From a virus: 64,000 nucleotides of DNA. The notes under the pieces were generated by a model, which was not told the DNA's origin, did no database searches, and saw only the letters and a program-made list of their open reading frames with translations. The position numbers were made by a program, and so were the translations under genes. The stretch lies in the IMG/VR virus record IMGVR_UViG_3300045988_112440; one strand, given 5' to 3'. This document shows positions 1 to 8,994 of this stretch, piece after piece. Numbering within the stretch: the first letter of the stretch is position 1; each line of letters begins with the position of its first letter.

Positions 1-27
1 GAGTGACATCTAAAAGGAGCGATTGAT

Positions 28-243
28 ATGGAAACAATGTACGACCGCATTAAGCGAATGGATAAACATGAACTTGCTGAGTTTATCTATATTGTTTATC
101 AAGTTGGTGTTAAAGATGGTGAACAGAATCTTTGTGATTCTCCTATGGGATTTTTTGGTTGCTGTTACTTCCTTAATGATAATGCAAAAGTATGGATGCC
201 GAATGATAAGTCCAAAGATCTTTGTGATGCTTGGAATATCTAA
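28..243 (+). CDS. hypothetical phage early protein
   Basis: AAGGAG RBS 8 nt before the ATG; 71 aa; no motif recognised. Confidence 0.6.
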   Translation: METMYDRIKRMDKHELAEFIYIVYQVGVKDGEQNLCDSPMGFFGCCYFLNDNAKVWMPNDKSKDLCDAWNI

Positions 244-264
244 TATTAAAAGGAGTGTTTGTTT

Positions 265-459
265 ATGAAATATCGCGTAACCGTTACTCGCACTGGATTT
301 GTTTATGTTGATGCTAAAAACAAAGAAGCGGCAGAAAAATATGCAGAGGAAACCGCATGGGATAATGACGTATGGTGGGATGACGGTTGGGATGCAACGG
401 ATTGTCAGGAAGATGAAAACAATGATTGCGTTGATGACGAAGATTATATCATTGTCTAA
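265..459 (+). CDS. small acidic protein, MKY-VTV family (paralogs at 2625 and 5806)
   Basis: AGGAG RBS. N-terminus is MKYRVTV..VDA..EEA, followed by a W/D-rich tail. Confidence 0.6.
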   Translation: MKYRVTVTRTGFVYVDAKNKEAAEKYAEETAWDNDVWWDDGWDATDCQEDENNDCVDDEDYIIV

Positions 460-486
460 AATCATGCTTTTATAGGAGATGAAAAT

Positions 487-789
487 ATGAAAACTGTATA
501 TGTTATTGCCGTAAAGCATTTATTCTACTACAAAGGAAACACTCTTAATCGTTGGGAGTATGTTCAATTTGATGAGTATGGGTACACATTTTTTACTGAA
601 TCCGTTGATGGTGCGCGGCACTTTTATTCTGTTGATGAGGCTCAAAAATGGTTTGATAAAATCGGCCATGAACTTATCTTTTACGGAAAACGTAAAGGTC
701 AGTATGATTTAGAGTCTCTTTGTATTAAGAGCGTTGTTTTCCGAGACCCTATTGTAAATTTTGTAAGAGATTTGGATTTCAAAAACTGA
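487..789 (+). CDS. hypothetical phage early protein
   Basis: RBS plus ATG; 100 aa. Confidence 0.6.
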   Translation: MKTVYVIAVKHLFYYKGNTLNRWEYVQFDEYGYTFFTESVDGARHFYSVDEAQKWFDKIGHELIFYGKRKGQYDLESLCIKSVVFRDPIVNFVRDLDFKN

Positions 790-826
790 TAAAACAGATA
801 TTTTACAATGATTGACGAGGGGAAAT

Positions 827-1009
827 ATGAAAGTACAAAGAGATAATCCTATCGAAGAAGGAATAGATGATTTCTTTGAAGAAAAACAAAGACTCGAAAA
901 TGAAATTCGAGATTATGAACAGAAATATTTAGATCAATATTATGATCAATTATATGAACAAGAACTTTCCGAACGCTTGGAGTTTTATCGTGAGTTTTAT
1001 GAAGATTGA
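827..1009 (+). CDS. hypothetical phage early protein
   Basis: GAGGGG RBS before ATG 827; acidic, coiled-coil-like. Confidence 0.55.
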   Translation: MKVQRDNPIEEGIDDFFEEKQRLENEIRDYEQKYLDQYYDQLYEQELSERLEFYREFYED

Positions 1010-1020
1010 TGGAGGAGATT

Positions 1021-1254
1021 ATGGTTTCTTATTACGAACTTGATTTTGATGATAATTATGGAATGGTTATTAAAGGAACCGAATGCCCGACTATTTATGA
1101 AGCAGAGGAGTTTGTGAGAAAAGATTTAATGGGTAGACATATTACTGGTGTGTTTCCAATTGACGAGAATGAGGCAAGATGTTTTTATGATTTTTCCAAT
1201 GAGGAAAAATGGCCTGTTTTTGAAAAACCACATAAAACCGATTCGCGATTATAA
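1021..1254 (+). CDS. hypothetical phage early protein
   Basis: GGAGGAG RBS; the start could also be 1009. Confidence 0.55.
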   Translation: MVSYYELDFDDNYGMVIKGTECPTIYEAEEFVRKDLMGRHITGVFPIDENEARCFYDFSNEEKWPVFEKPHKTDSRL

Positions 1255-1297
1255 GAACCAAAACAATAAAGCATTTTACGAAGATTGAGGTGAGAAA

Positions 1298-1531
1298 ATG
1301 ACTGAAAAAGATAAGCGTATTTTGAAATACGCAATTGATAACTTGGTTGCAAGAGAGAATAGTTTGTGTGAAGGATTTTGTAAAAATAATCCTACGCATA
1401 GAGCAGAACGTGAGCGTGACCGGGATTTGATTATCTTTGGTATTCGTGATGTTTTGTGTGAAGTTGAGCGTCTTGAAGAACAAGAGAAAGAGATGCTGGA
1501 GAAAGTCAAACATGAAGTGGTTCAGTTTTGA
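1298..1531 (+). CDS. hypothetical phage early protein
   Basis: GAGGTGAG RBS plus ATG. Confidence 0.6.
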   Translation: MTEKDKRILKYAIDNLVARENSLCEGFCKNNPTHRAERERDRDLIIFGIRDVLCEVERLEEQEKEMLEKVKHEVVQF

Positions 1532-1545
1532 TTGGGGTGATAAAA

Positions 1546-1887
1546 ATGAGTAGTTACAAACCGGAAGAAGTCTGGACTGCATTTGATGTTTTATCAAGCA
1601 GAATTGCCGATTCTGATGAAATCGGGCAGAAGCGTTTAAGACAAATCAAGATCACTCTTACAGAATACTTTGAAATGATTAGGCATCTAAAGAAAACTCC
1701 TTTATGGGATATTTTTGAGTATGAAAAGAAGCTAGAACAGCCGCTTGACCTTTTGGTTTATGAAAATAATCATCTCAAAGAAGAAATCAATAAACTTCAT
1801 AAAAAGCTTGGTATTAAAGAAAAATATAAAACAAATCCATACGATTATATGTTCCAAGATGAAGCTGGATTTAGAGACAAGGAGTGA
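1546..1887 (+). CDS. hypothetical phage early protein
   Basis: GGGGTGA RBS plus ATG 1546. Confidence 0.6.
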   Translation: MSSYKPEEVWTAFDVLSSRIADSDEIGQKRLRQIKITLTEYFEMIRHLKKTPLWDIFEYEKKLEQPLDLLVYENNHLKEEINKLHKKLGIKEKYKTNPYDYMFQDEAGFRDKE

Positions 1888-1891
1888 TTCT

Positions 1892-2077
1892 ATGACCAAC
1901 ACTGAAAAGAATATTGTTCTCGCAGCTCTTTCTTCTTACCGGCGTAAGCTGATGGATCAGAGTGTTTCGTTCCTTAGAGCAGGGAATCATGAGGATGCAA
2001 AACAATCAACGATGGAAGCAGCCAACGTGAATGCGCTGGTGATTAAGTTCACAAGAGAAAAGGAGCTTGCAATATGA
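1892..2077 (+). CDS. hypothetical phage early protein
   Basis: GGAGTG RBS plus ATG 1892, inside the longer track ORF. Confidence 0.55.
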   Translation: MTNTEKNIVLAALSSYRRKLMDQSVSFLRAGNHEDAKQSTMEAANVNALVIKFTREKELAI

Positions 2078-2394
2078 ATAGCGAAAATAAGATTGTTGTG
2101 ACCAGCTGGAATGGGAAGTCTTGGGAGATGACACCTGAACAGATTGAGGCGGCATACCGCTACAAAGAGCATCAGTATCGTATTGAAGATGCAGAGAATC
2201 AGCTTGATGGCAATGCTGATTGGATTGAGGAAGAATACGGTTATTCTCACGATGAGATTATGGACTTTGCTGACGAGTTAGCAGAACGATTCGAGGACAA
2301 ATTTGATTGTAATGTATCAGAAAATGATGATTGGGTAGCACGTATCATAGAGATGTTTGACGTCGCAGGTAGAAAGGAGAGCAACGATGACTGA
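2074..2394 (+). CDS. hypothetical acidic protein
   Basis: ATGA overlap with the upstream gene. Confidence 0.6.
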   Translation: MNSENKIVVTSWNGKSWEMTPEQIEAAYRYKEHQYRIEDAENQLDGNADWIEEEYGYSHDEIMDFADELAERFEDKFDCNVSENDDWVARIIEMFDVAGRKESNDD

Positions 2395-2623
2395 TCCTTG
2401 CCGTTATTGTGTAGCACCGGATCGTTATCCTGGTTGCCACGACCATTGCGAAAAGTTAAAAGCCCATCGTGAAAGTGATGAGTATAAAAAGCTGTGCGAA
2501 TATAAGAATACATACCTAAAAAGCCATTCGACAGCAAGTTCTTCCCAGATTAACAAAGCGATGCGGTACTTCAAATGTAAAGGTTATAGCCTTTATGGAT
2601 TCAAGAATGTTGGGAGTGTGTAA
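2387..2623 (+). CDS. Cys/His-rich small protein
   Basis: AAAGGAG RBS; CRYCVAPDRYPGCHDHCEK metal-binding-like cluster. Confidence 0.55.
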   Translation: MTDPCRYCVAPDRYPGCHDHCEKLKAHRESDEYKKLCEYKNTYLKSHSTASSSQINKAMRYFKCKGYSLYGFKNVGSV

Positions 2624-2624
2624 A

Positions 2625-2804
2625 ATGAACGGCTATTACGTTACTATTGAAACAAGCGTTACTTACACAACGTTTGTTGAAGCAGACAACAAAGATGACG
2701 CTTGTGAGATTGCAAAAGATAGATTTATTGCCGGAGAAATTGAACCTGACAATCCGAATTCGACAGATATCGATTGTGTTACGGTAAAGAATGCGGAGGA
2801 GTGA
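2625..2804 (+). CDS. small acidic protein, MKY-VTV family member
   Basis: MNGYYVTIE..VEADNKDDA..DIDC resembles the ORFs at 265 and 5806. Confidence 0.55.
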   Translation: MNGYYVTIETSVTYTTFVEADNKDDACEIAKDRFIAGEIEPDNPNSTDIDCVTVKNAEE

Positions 2805-2808
2805 TAAA

Positions 2809-3321
2809 ATGAGAGAATTTGAAGGTTTTATTTTTCCTAACGGAAGAATTGTAGCGATTCCTGAAGAGGAATATATGGCAGCTATCGAAGCAGGAAAAGA
2901 AATTCTTGTTTTTTGTGGTGGATGGGCTGGTGGATACGCTAGAGCGTTTGGTGCAGATAAGGAACAGGATATTTATGAGCCTGATAAAACTTGTTACATG
3001 GTCTATTCGTATGATGTCATGGATAAGACCTTTACGCCAGAAGATATGAAGCGGTTCGCTAAAGTGATTGTCACAGATGGTATCCGTGTGTACATGAAAA
3101 CAGGTGAATCGGCCAGTGATTATTATTCTGGAACCTTCTGTGACTGTGGTACGAAAGACAGGCTCGAAGAACATTACCCTGACACTTGTAGCAACGATAT
3201 TGAACAATACGATTTCAGTGATTGTCAGACGGTTGATTTTGATATGACGGTTCGTATGCTTGGTGCAGATGATAAAGATTACGAAGGTATGGTAAAGATG
3301 CTCAAGGAGATTTTGAGGTGA
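2809..3321 (+). CDS. hypothetical protein
   Basis: GGAGGAG RBS plus ATG 2809; 170 aa. Confidence 0.6.
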   Translation: MREFEGFIFPNGRIVAIPEEEYMAAIEAGKEILVFCGGWAGGYARAFGADKEQDIYEPDKTCYMVYSYDVMDKTFTPEDMKRFAKVIVTDGIRVYMKTGESASDYYSGTFCDCGTKDRLEEHYPDTCSNDIEQYDFSDCQTVDFDMTVRMLGADDKDYEGMVKMLKEILR

Positions 3322-3325
3322 CAAA

Positions 3326-3532
3326 ATGATAAAACGTGACTTTGAAAAGTATGGAGTCAAGTTTCACTTAAATGATTTCGGTCGTAATGAATTTGATGCT
3401 CGTTACACACTACTTTATTTTAATGAGGCTATGGGATGCTGGGACGAGTGTTGTCACGTGTCCACTAAAAAAGAAGCAATTGACGCAGTTGACTATATGA
3501 AAAGATGGAAGATAAACGCATTCAGAGAATAA
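3326..3532 (+). CDS. hypothetical protein
   Basis: GAGGTGA RBS plus ATG. Confidence 0.6.
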   Translation: MIKRDFEKYGVKFHLNDFGRNEFDARYTLLYFNEAMGCWDECCHVSTKKEAIDAVDYMKRWKINAFRE

Positions 3533-3548
3533 CAAGAGGAGTGATAAA

Positions 3549-3770
3549 ATGTGGGATTTAATTGAAAATGAATATTCTAAAAAATATGGAATTGGGTGCG
3601 CAACCTTTTTTCGTGACAAACAATTAAAAACAGCAATGGTTATGTATAAATATAATGGCCGTAGCGTTATGTTTTGCTATTCCGAGTACGATAATAAGAT
3701 TCTATCTGATGGTGATAAAGACGAAATTGAGATGACAATCAAAAAGAAACTCAACTTTTGGAAGGATTAA
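3549..3770 (+). CDS. MWDL-family protein, copy 1
   Basis: N-terminus MWDLIENEYSKKYGIGCA..VMYK is shared with the next copies. Confidence 0.65.
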   Translation: MWDLIENEYSKKYGIGCATFFRDKQLKTAMVMYKYNGRSVMFCYSEYDNKILSDGDKDEIEMTIKKKLNFWKD

Positions 3771-3772
3771 CT

Positions 3773-4009
3773 ATGTGGGATTTAATGGGTAACAATTATT
3801 CAGAAGTATACGGTATTGGATATGCTTTACTGAATGGAATTTCAGCTGGGTTTTATGTGAGTGTCATGTACAAGGACCTTGGAGATGAAATTCACTTCTA
3901 TTATCTTGATAATGCTCCTTACGGAGAACTTGATGATAATACCAAAAATAAAATTGAGGATATTATCCGTGATGACCTCAATAAGCGTCATATTTTTGGG
4001 GAGGACTGA
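3773..4009 (+). CDS. MWDL-family protein, copy 2
   Basis: MWDLMGNNYSEVYGIGYA..VMYK. Confidence 0.65.
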   Translation: MWDLMGNNYSEVYGIGYALLNGISAGFYVSVMYKDLGDEIHFYYLDNAPYGELDDNTKNKIEDIIRDDLNKRHIFGED

Positions 4010-4011
4010 TT

Positions 4012-4275
4012 ATGTGGGATTTAATAATAAATAATTACCACGAAGAAGATGGAACAGGTTGCGCCTTGATGTTCAACACAAGTGATAGGTGTTATCTTGA
4101 TGTTATGTACAAGTGTAGGCCGTTACACAATTCAATTCGTGTTTTTTATTCTCTTAATATTTCAGAGAATGAAAAAGAGAATATCGAAGAAGCACTTGTA
4201 AAAGAACTGAGAAACAATGGAGTTTTAAGGAGCGATGATTATGTGGGACCTGAGGGAAGTTCACGCTTGTTTTGA
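4012..4275 (+). CDS. MWDL-family protein, copy 3
   Basis: MWDLIINNYHEEDGTGCA..VMYK. Confidence 0.65.
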   Translation: MWDLIINNYHEEDGTGCALMFNTSDRCYLDVMYKCRPLHNSIRVFYSLNISENEKENIEEALVKELRNNGVLRSDDYVGPEGSSRLF

Positions 4276-4489
4276 TGGTGAAGGTTGGATTTGGAATGAA
4301 TCTTTCCATCACAAGAATGTGTTCGTAGGTGAGAATGAAGATCCGAAAGAAATCTTCTGGCAGGAATGTCAGATGTTCTTCCTTCAGGATTATCTAAGCA
4401 AGTGTGAAATCGTGGATAATGGTGATATTCTTGAACTTCAGTTGAAGGATTCCGGTGAGCCGGTTCTTGCTATGATGATTGCAGAGTAA
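4241..4489 (+). CDS. MWDL-initiated protein, divergent copy 4
   Basis: Starts MWDLREV; AAGGAG RBS 8 nt upstream; overlaps copy 3 by 35 nt. Confidence 0.55.
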   Translation: MWDLREVHACFDGEGWIWNESFHHKNVFVGENEDPKEIFWQECQMFFLQDYLSKCEIVDNGDILELQLKDSGEPVLAMMIAE

Positions 4490-4502
4490 AGGAGAATGAG
4501 TT

Positions 4503-4673
4503 ATGCAGCAATACGAAATTGTATTTTACCGCAATGATATTCTCGATGAATTGATTCCGTTTAAGAAAATGCATAAGGAATTTAATTCATATCAGGAAGC
4601 AAGAGTGTGGGCGCAAAATGAATTGTGTGACTTGCCTACGGCAGTCGCAATGAATGTGTTTATGGACATTTGA
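4503..4673 (+). CDS. hypothetical small protein (56 aa, below track cutoff)
   Basis: AAGGAGAATGAG upstream of ATG 4503; fills an otherwise empty gap. Confidence 0.45.
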   Translation: MQQYEIVFYRNDILDELIPFKKMHKEFNSYQEARVWAQNELCDLPTAVAMNVFMDI

Positions 4674-4682
4674 GGTGACAAT

Positions 4683-4928
4683 ATGGACGCCTTACATACG
4701 ATTATAAAAGAGCTGAGGGCAGGTAAGGTTTATGGTAAAACCTATGAGGGGCGAATCGAACCGTATTTCTGGTTTGTTATGTATAAAGATGGCAACTTTA
4801 TCCGTTGGAGACATTTTGGTGAAAGTTCAAACCGTTGCAATTTGAAAGACCTCAAATGGATAATAAAGGTCATCTTCAAGACAACGCCAGAGAAGTTTAT
4901 TGAAGAGTACGAATGTAAATACTGGTGA
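4683..4928 (+). CDS. hypothetical protein
   Basis: GAGGTGA RBS plus ATG. Confidence 0.6.
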   Translation: MDALHTIIKELRAGKVYGKTYEGRIEPYFWFVMYKDGNFIRWRHFGESSNRCNLKDLKWIIKVIFKTTPEKFIEEYECKYW

Positions 4929-4947
4929 TAAAAGGGAGATTTTAGAT

Positions 4948-5802
4948 ATGAAATATCTGTATTGCTACGATAATGAAATCATAAAATGGACTTACGGCGA
5001 TAACCTGTATTGCTTGCATATTCAGCACGACGACGTTGCAGACAATAACCCTCGTTGGTGGGATGACCACGATTCCGTGATGGCTTGTTTCCATCCTCGT
5101 TACCGTCTTGGTGATAAGGTCGATGCAAGCACACCGGAAGAGTTTTGGAACAATCTTGTTTACGAGATGTGCGAGCCAGAAGAAATTCTGGATGCACTTT
5201 TTAACATGAAACTGGAAGAATCCTGTGTGGTTATTGACAACGATAACAGTAGTATTGAAGAAACTCGTTATGCGATTTGTTGTCGTGAAGATCAAGCCAA
5301 TCCTTGGTATACCAATTTGAAATACAATGAAATTGCGACGTATGCTCGTGGTGATTTTTCTATTCGTGATTGTCAGATTCTTCTTGATAAACACATTGTA
5401 TGGCTTCCACTCTGGTTACATGACCACTCTGGCCTGTCTATGGATTATGATACACGATTCAGAGGTTCGTGGGACGATAGTAATGTTGGTTGGATTGTTA
5501 CAAAAGTTCCTAGCGGTTCTGATGTTTACAAAACAGAAGCAGAACGAATCATGCGTGATGAGGTAAAGACTTATAGCGATTATCTTTCCGGTGAGAATTA
5601 CGGCTATACGCTTTATCAAGAAGATCACGGAGAATGGAAGGAGATTGACAGAGCATTTGGATTTATCGGTTCTGATGTGCTTGAAAACGGTATCACATAC
5701 AGTGCTGGTTGTGGTCTTGAAAAGGCATTAAAGGAAGATCGGTGTCATATCGGTGAAGCAGAGAAAGTTGTTACTGTTACTTACAATTTTGATAAGGTAT
5801 AA
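4948..5802 (+). CDS. hypothetical protein (285 aa), W/D/H-rich
   Basis: AGGGAG RBS plus ATG 4948. Motifs are RWWDDHD and LPLWLHDHSGLSMD; family not recognised. Confidence 0.65.
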   Translation: MKYLYCYDNEIIKWTYGDNLYCLHIQHDDVADNNPRWWDDHDSVMACFHPRYRLGDKVDASTPEEFWNNLVYEMCEPEEILDALFNMKLEESCVVIDNDNSSIEETRYAICCREDQANPWYTNLKYNEIATYARGDFSIRDCQILLDKHIVWLPLWLHDHSGLSMDYDTRFRGSWDDSNVGWIVTKVPSGSDVYKTEAERIMRDEVKTYSDYLSGENYGYTLYQEDHGEWKEIDRAFGFIGSDVLENGITYSAGCGLEKALKEDRCHIGEAEKVVTVTYNFDKV

Positions 5803-5805
5803 ATT

Positions 5806-5916
5806 ATGAAGTACTTTGTTACAGTATCTTGTCCTGGTTATGTGATTGTTGATGCAGAGGATGAAAGAGAAGCAATGGAAATGGCCGAAGTTGTTGATCT
5901 AAAAGAGATAAATTGA
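5806..5916 (+). CDS. MKY-VTV family member truncated by an in-frame TGA (frame stays open to 5967)
   Basis: Reads MKYFVTVSCPGYVIVDAEDEREA..EIN-TGA-DTDDIRAGDCLVQKQF-TGA. The family-like D..D..DC tail lies after the first TGA. Confidence 0.45.
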   Translation: MKYFVTVSCPGYVIVDAEDEREAMEMAEVVDLKEIN

Positions 5917-5980
5917 GACACAGATGATATTCGTGCTGGAGATTGCTTGGTTCAAAAACAATTTTGATGAGGTGTGAATT

Positions 5981-6199
5981 ATGACATACATTAGAGAGAT
6001 TGATGGAAAATGGTATGCTTTTGCAGCAAATCCTGATAACGGTCAGGTCTATTCTATTGGAAGAGATAATCCGAAAGATGGACAGTGGTTTGCAGGTTTA
6101 ACTGATAGTGGAATCAAGTACGTTGCTTCTCCTTGTCCTTCTCGTAAGGCAGCATATATGAGAGCGATGAGAAACGGATCTTATGGCGGAGTTCTGTAA
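5981..6199 (+). CDS. hypothetical protein
   Basis: GAGGTG RBS plus ATG. Confidence 0.6.
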   Translation: MTYIREIDGKWYAFAANPDNGQVYSIGRDNPKDGQWFAGLTDSGIKYVASPCPSRKAAYMRAMRNGSYGGVL

Positions 6200-6226
6200 A
6201 AGTTGAATTTTATTGGAGACAACAAA

Positions 6227-6391
6227 ATGAAATATATTATTGAAGATTGGTTGACGGAAGAAATAATTAAAGTTTTTTCAAGTGAAGAAGAAAGAAATGA
6301 ATGGATTGAGGACAATTGTACATGGTTTAGTGATGGATGCTTTATCACGGACACAGAAACAAAAATTTCAATTTATGAATCAAAACAATAG
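6227..6391 (+). CDS. hypothetical small acidic protein
   Basis: ATG 6227 downstream of GGAGAC. Confidence 0.55.
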   Translation: MKYIIEDWLTEEIIKVFSSEEERNEWIEDNCTWFSDGCFITDTETKISIYESKQ

Positions 6392-6427
6392 ATCGGATAT
6401 TTTAAGCGATTAAAAGGAGAAAATTTC

Positions 6428-6706
6428 ATGAGTAAATTTAAAAATTTTCAGATTGGAGTAAAAGAAATTAGCAAAACATGGAATAGCGAAAATGTATTTT
6501 TTACGCAAATGCGTGACGGATATAGTGCTTCGTATAGACCAAAATATCCAGAATATTGTAATGACGACATGATAATTCAGACATTAGAAGGGACAGGAGC
6601 AGTAAACCGTGGAGATTATGAATTGATAATTTTTGATGATGGAAAATTTACAAGCAAATATTTTAATGATACAGAAGAAATAAAAACGTATTTTGAAAAC
6701 AGATAA
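6428..6706 (+). CDS. hypothetical protein
   Basis: AAGGAGAA RBS plus ATG. Confidence 0.6.
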   Translation: MSKFKNFQIGVKEISKTWNSENVFFTQMRDGYSASYRPKYPEYCNDDMIIQTLEGTGAVNRGDYELIIFDDGKFTSKYFNDTEEIKTYFENR

Positions 6707-6732
6707 AAGAACGGTTTTAGGAGGAAAATAAA

Positions 6733-6936
6733 ATGGATAATAATATGATGGAAAGAATCAAGTATCTGAAGCGTGAGCTTTTTATGGATGGATTTGATAC
6801 AATTGAAAACTTTGTTGGTTATAAACTGAACGAAGATGAGGATGATGATGTTATTGAACGACGAGTGGATATTGCAATCGATTCGATGTCGGAAGATGAG
6901 TTGAATATTTGGTTTGAAAAATATGATATTATTTGA
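6733..6936 (+). CDS. hypothetical acidic protein
   Basis: AGGAGG RBS 8 nt upstream. Confidence 0.6.
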   Translation: MDNNMMERIKYLKRELFMDGFDTIENFVGYKLNEDEDDDVIERRVDIAIDSMSEDELNIWFEKYDII

Positions 6937-6974
6937 ATCTTCGGACGAAAATATCTTTTATGAGGTGCGAATGT

Positions 6975-7145
6975 ATGAAAATGAATATTGACATTGATAT
7001 TGAACGTGTTGGAAAGGGTTTATTTAACGTCTATATCAGTGATAATGGAAATTCTGGTGCGGAATACAAAAATGTAAATTGTGATCAGATTGGTGAGTAT
7101 GTAGCAGATTTGATTGATTGTTTGGAAGAAAGCTATGAGGCGTAA
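6975..7145 (+). CDS. hypothetical protein
   Basis: GAGGTG RBS, then ATG 6975. Confidence 0.55.
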   Translation: MKMNIDIDIERVGKGLFNVYISDNGNSGAEYKNVNCDQIGEYVADLIDCLEESYEA

Positions 7146-7148
7146 AGT

Positions 7149-7484
7149 ATGAGCTATAACGGTGGGCCTTGTTGGTCATGTATTGAGAAGTCTTGTAAAA
7201 ACTGTCCATGTGCTGTCGCAGAGTCTTTTGATAGTACATATCTTACTGCACAATGGATGTTAAAACTAAGAGAAAATAAAGATGATTGCGACAAATTTGT
7301 TGAACGTCTTTGGAAGGAGAACACGGATTTTGCATGGGTTGAAAACGAACGTGGAGAATTAGTTCTTGATCAGAAGTGGAGAGGCTTTCCCGTTGGCAAT
7401 TTTACACAGGATGAATGGTTTCATTGGGTAGATGAGTTCCATAGTAAAGGCGTTGGCTGGGTTTACGAGAATGTGAGTGTGTAA
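7149..7484 (+). CDS. hypothetical Cys-rich N-terminus protein
   Basis: CWSCIEKSCKNCPC cluster. Confidence 0.6.
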   Translation: MSYNGGPCWSCIEKSCKNCPCAVAESFDSTYLTAQWMLKLRENKDDCDKFVERLWKENTDFAWVENERGELVLDQKWRGFPVGNFTQDEWFHWVDEFHSKGVGWVYENVSV

Positions 7485-7504
7485 AATTTAAGAGGAAAAA
7501 TATC

Positions 7505-8062
7505 ATGAAAACTTACACAAAAGACGAACTTTATAATCTCCTGAAGAACGGCGCTATTCTTGATGAATTGCTTGATATGAGTGATGGGCAAGAGTGTACG
7601 ATATTTAAAGCGGATTGCTTTCCTGAAGAGGACTGTTATAACAGCGTTATTTATATTCCTGATCTCGATATGAATGGTGTTGCCTATGACCATAAAATGA
7701 CTTTGCAAGAACTTGCAGACGCATATACGAACTTTTACACTGCACAGGATATTATTGATATCTGTGAAGGTGATGAAAAGAAGGCAAAACGAGTGTTTTA
7801 CAATTGTGATTGGCAGCATCCATCCACTGAATTTACAGAGATGGAAGCATTTGACGAAGAAGATGATTGCGATGCTCAATATTATTATGCTGAAACTCGT
7901 TGGTGTATCGATGACGTTATTGATGCAGCGAAAAGAAAAGGCATTGTATTAAATCCGCAACAAGCTGAACAGTGGTGGCAGAAGAACGAAAAGTGGTTTA
8001 AGGATACTCTTACTGAATATGGTAACGAGATCCTTTTCAATGTGGATTTTAGTGAGGTATAA
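7505..8062 (+). CDS. hypothetical acidic protein (185 aa)
   Basis: RBS plus ATG. Confidence 0.65.
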   Translation: MKTYTKDELYNLLKNGAILDELLDMSDGQECTIFKADCFPEEDCYNSVIYIPDLDMNGVAYDHKMTLQELADAYTNFYTAQDIIDICEGDEKKAKRVFYNCDWQHPSTEFTEMEAFDEEDDCDAQYYYAETRWCIDDVIDAAKRKGIVLNPQQAEQWWQKNEKWFKDTLTEYGNEILFNVDFSEV

Positions 8063-8077
8063 AAGGAGAGTTTTATT

Positions 8078-8263
8078 ATGAAATATGACACTCAAGCGAT
8101 GGCCGAGGTCCTTTGTAAAACAGCAGGCGTTGAATATAGCTCTGATTTGGAAAATTTGCTGTACCATTTAGATGTTCAAGCACAAAATCCTTACAATGCA
8201 GATTTTCGGCGTACAGGTTTGGCTATCATTGCAAAAGTGTGTGAGGAGTTGAAAAAACGATAA
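8078..8263 (+). CDS. hypothetical protein
   Basis: AAGGAGAG RBS. Confidence 0.55.
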   Translation: MKYDTQAMAEVLCKTAGVEYSSDLENLLYHLDVQAQNPYNADFRRTGLAIIAKVCEELKKR

Positions 8264-8457
8264 TGTATTACCATCTTGAATACTCTGTCAGACACTTTAT
8301 GTACGGCGATACATATAGAGGGCATGAAGTCTATCCCACAAAAGAGCTGCGTGATGCAGAACTTGACTGGATGAAAACGTGTTACAGCAAGCCGACAGAG
8401 CTTGTCTATGCAACGTATGAAACCGAAACACTTAATGAAGATAAGATAATAATATAA
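8263..8457 (+). CDS. hypothetical protein
   Basis: TAATG stop-start overlap. Confidence 0.55.
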   Translation: MYYHLEYSVRHFMYGDTYRGHEVYPTKELRDAELDWMKTCYSKPTELVYATYETETLNEDKIII

Positions 8458-8481
8458 TGAGGAATTAAGGGAGTGAGAGTT

Positions 8482-8667
8482 ATGATTATCCAAAATTGCG
8501 GATGGGATCATTCAGTGGATGAAGTTAAGGAAGCTCTTGATACACTTTCATATTGGTTAAGAGAAGGTGTGAGAGTTGGGATTTTTAATAAAGAAACCAA
8601 CAAATATGAGTTACTAAAACCTTTTGATTCAGAAAAAACTTTTATTTTGGAGGACATTAACTTATGA
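8482..8667 (+). CDS. hypothetical protein
   Basis: AAGGGAG RBS plus ATG 8482 (alternative start GTG 8473). Confidence 0.55.
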   Translation: MIIQNCGWDHSVDEVKEALDTLSYWLREGVRVGIFNKETNKYELLKPFDSEKTFILEDINL

Positions 8668-8975
8668 CGGCACGTGAGATTGCAGAAAATTTCGTCAGTA
8701 CAATGAACCCGTCAGGTTGGGACGGTGTTGGGAAGAAACCTGATGATTTTAATGATAAGCAGCAGGTTACATATTATGTGGGTAAATATCCCGATATCGA
8801 TGTTGATATCCATTACGAATATGACGACAACAAATGGTGGCACGTTTGCGAAGCATACGACAAAGAACTTAATGAAAGACTTTGTGGTGGTGCATGGGGC
8901 GATACCGTGAACAATATTGATGATATGATTAGAACTATTAAATGTCTTTTCGATATGTTAGGCATTAAACTTTAA
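8664..8975 (+). CDS. hypothetical protein
   Basis: ATGA overlap. Confidence 0.6.
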   Translation: MTAREIAENFVSTMNPSGWDGVGKKPDDFNDKQQVTYYVGKYPDIDVDIHYEYDDNKWWHVCEAYDKELNERLCGGAWGDTVNNIDDMIRTIKCLFDMLGIKL

Positions 8976-8994
8976 TAAAATCGAGGTTTTAAAA

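Noticed and set aside
23-268. Alternative-frame ORF 23-268 and other overlapping + strand track ORFs (for example 8725-8910, 25481-25924, 27395-27616, 28624-28809, 39041-39355, 41585-41797)
   Set aside because: They are out of frame within longer ORFs that have RBS support or recognised motifs. They have no independent initiation signals.
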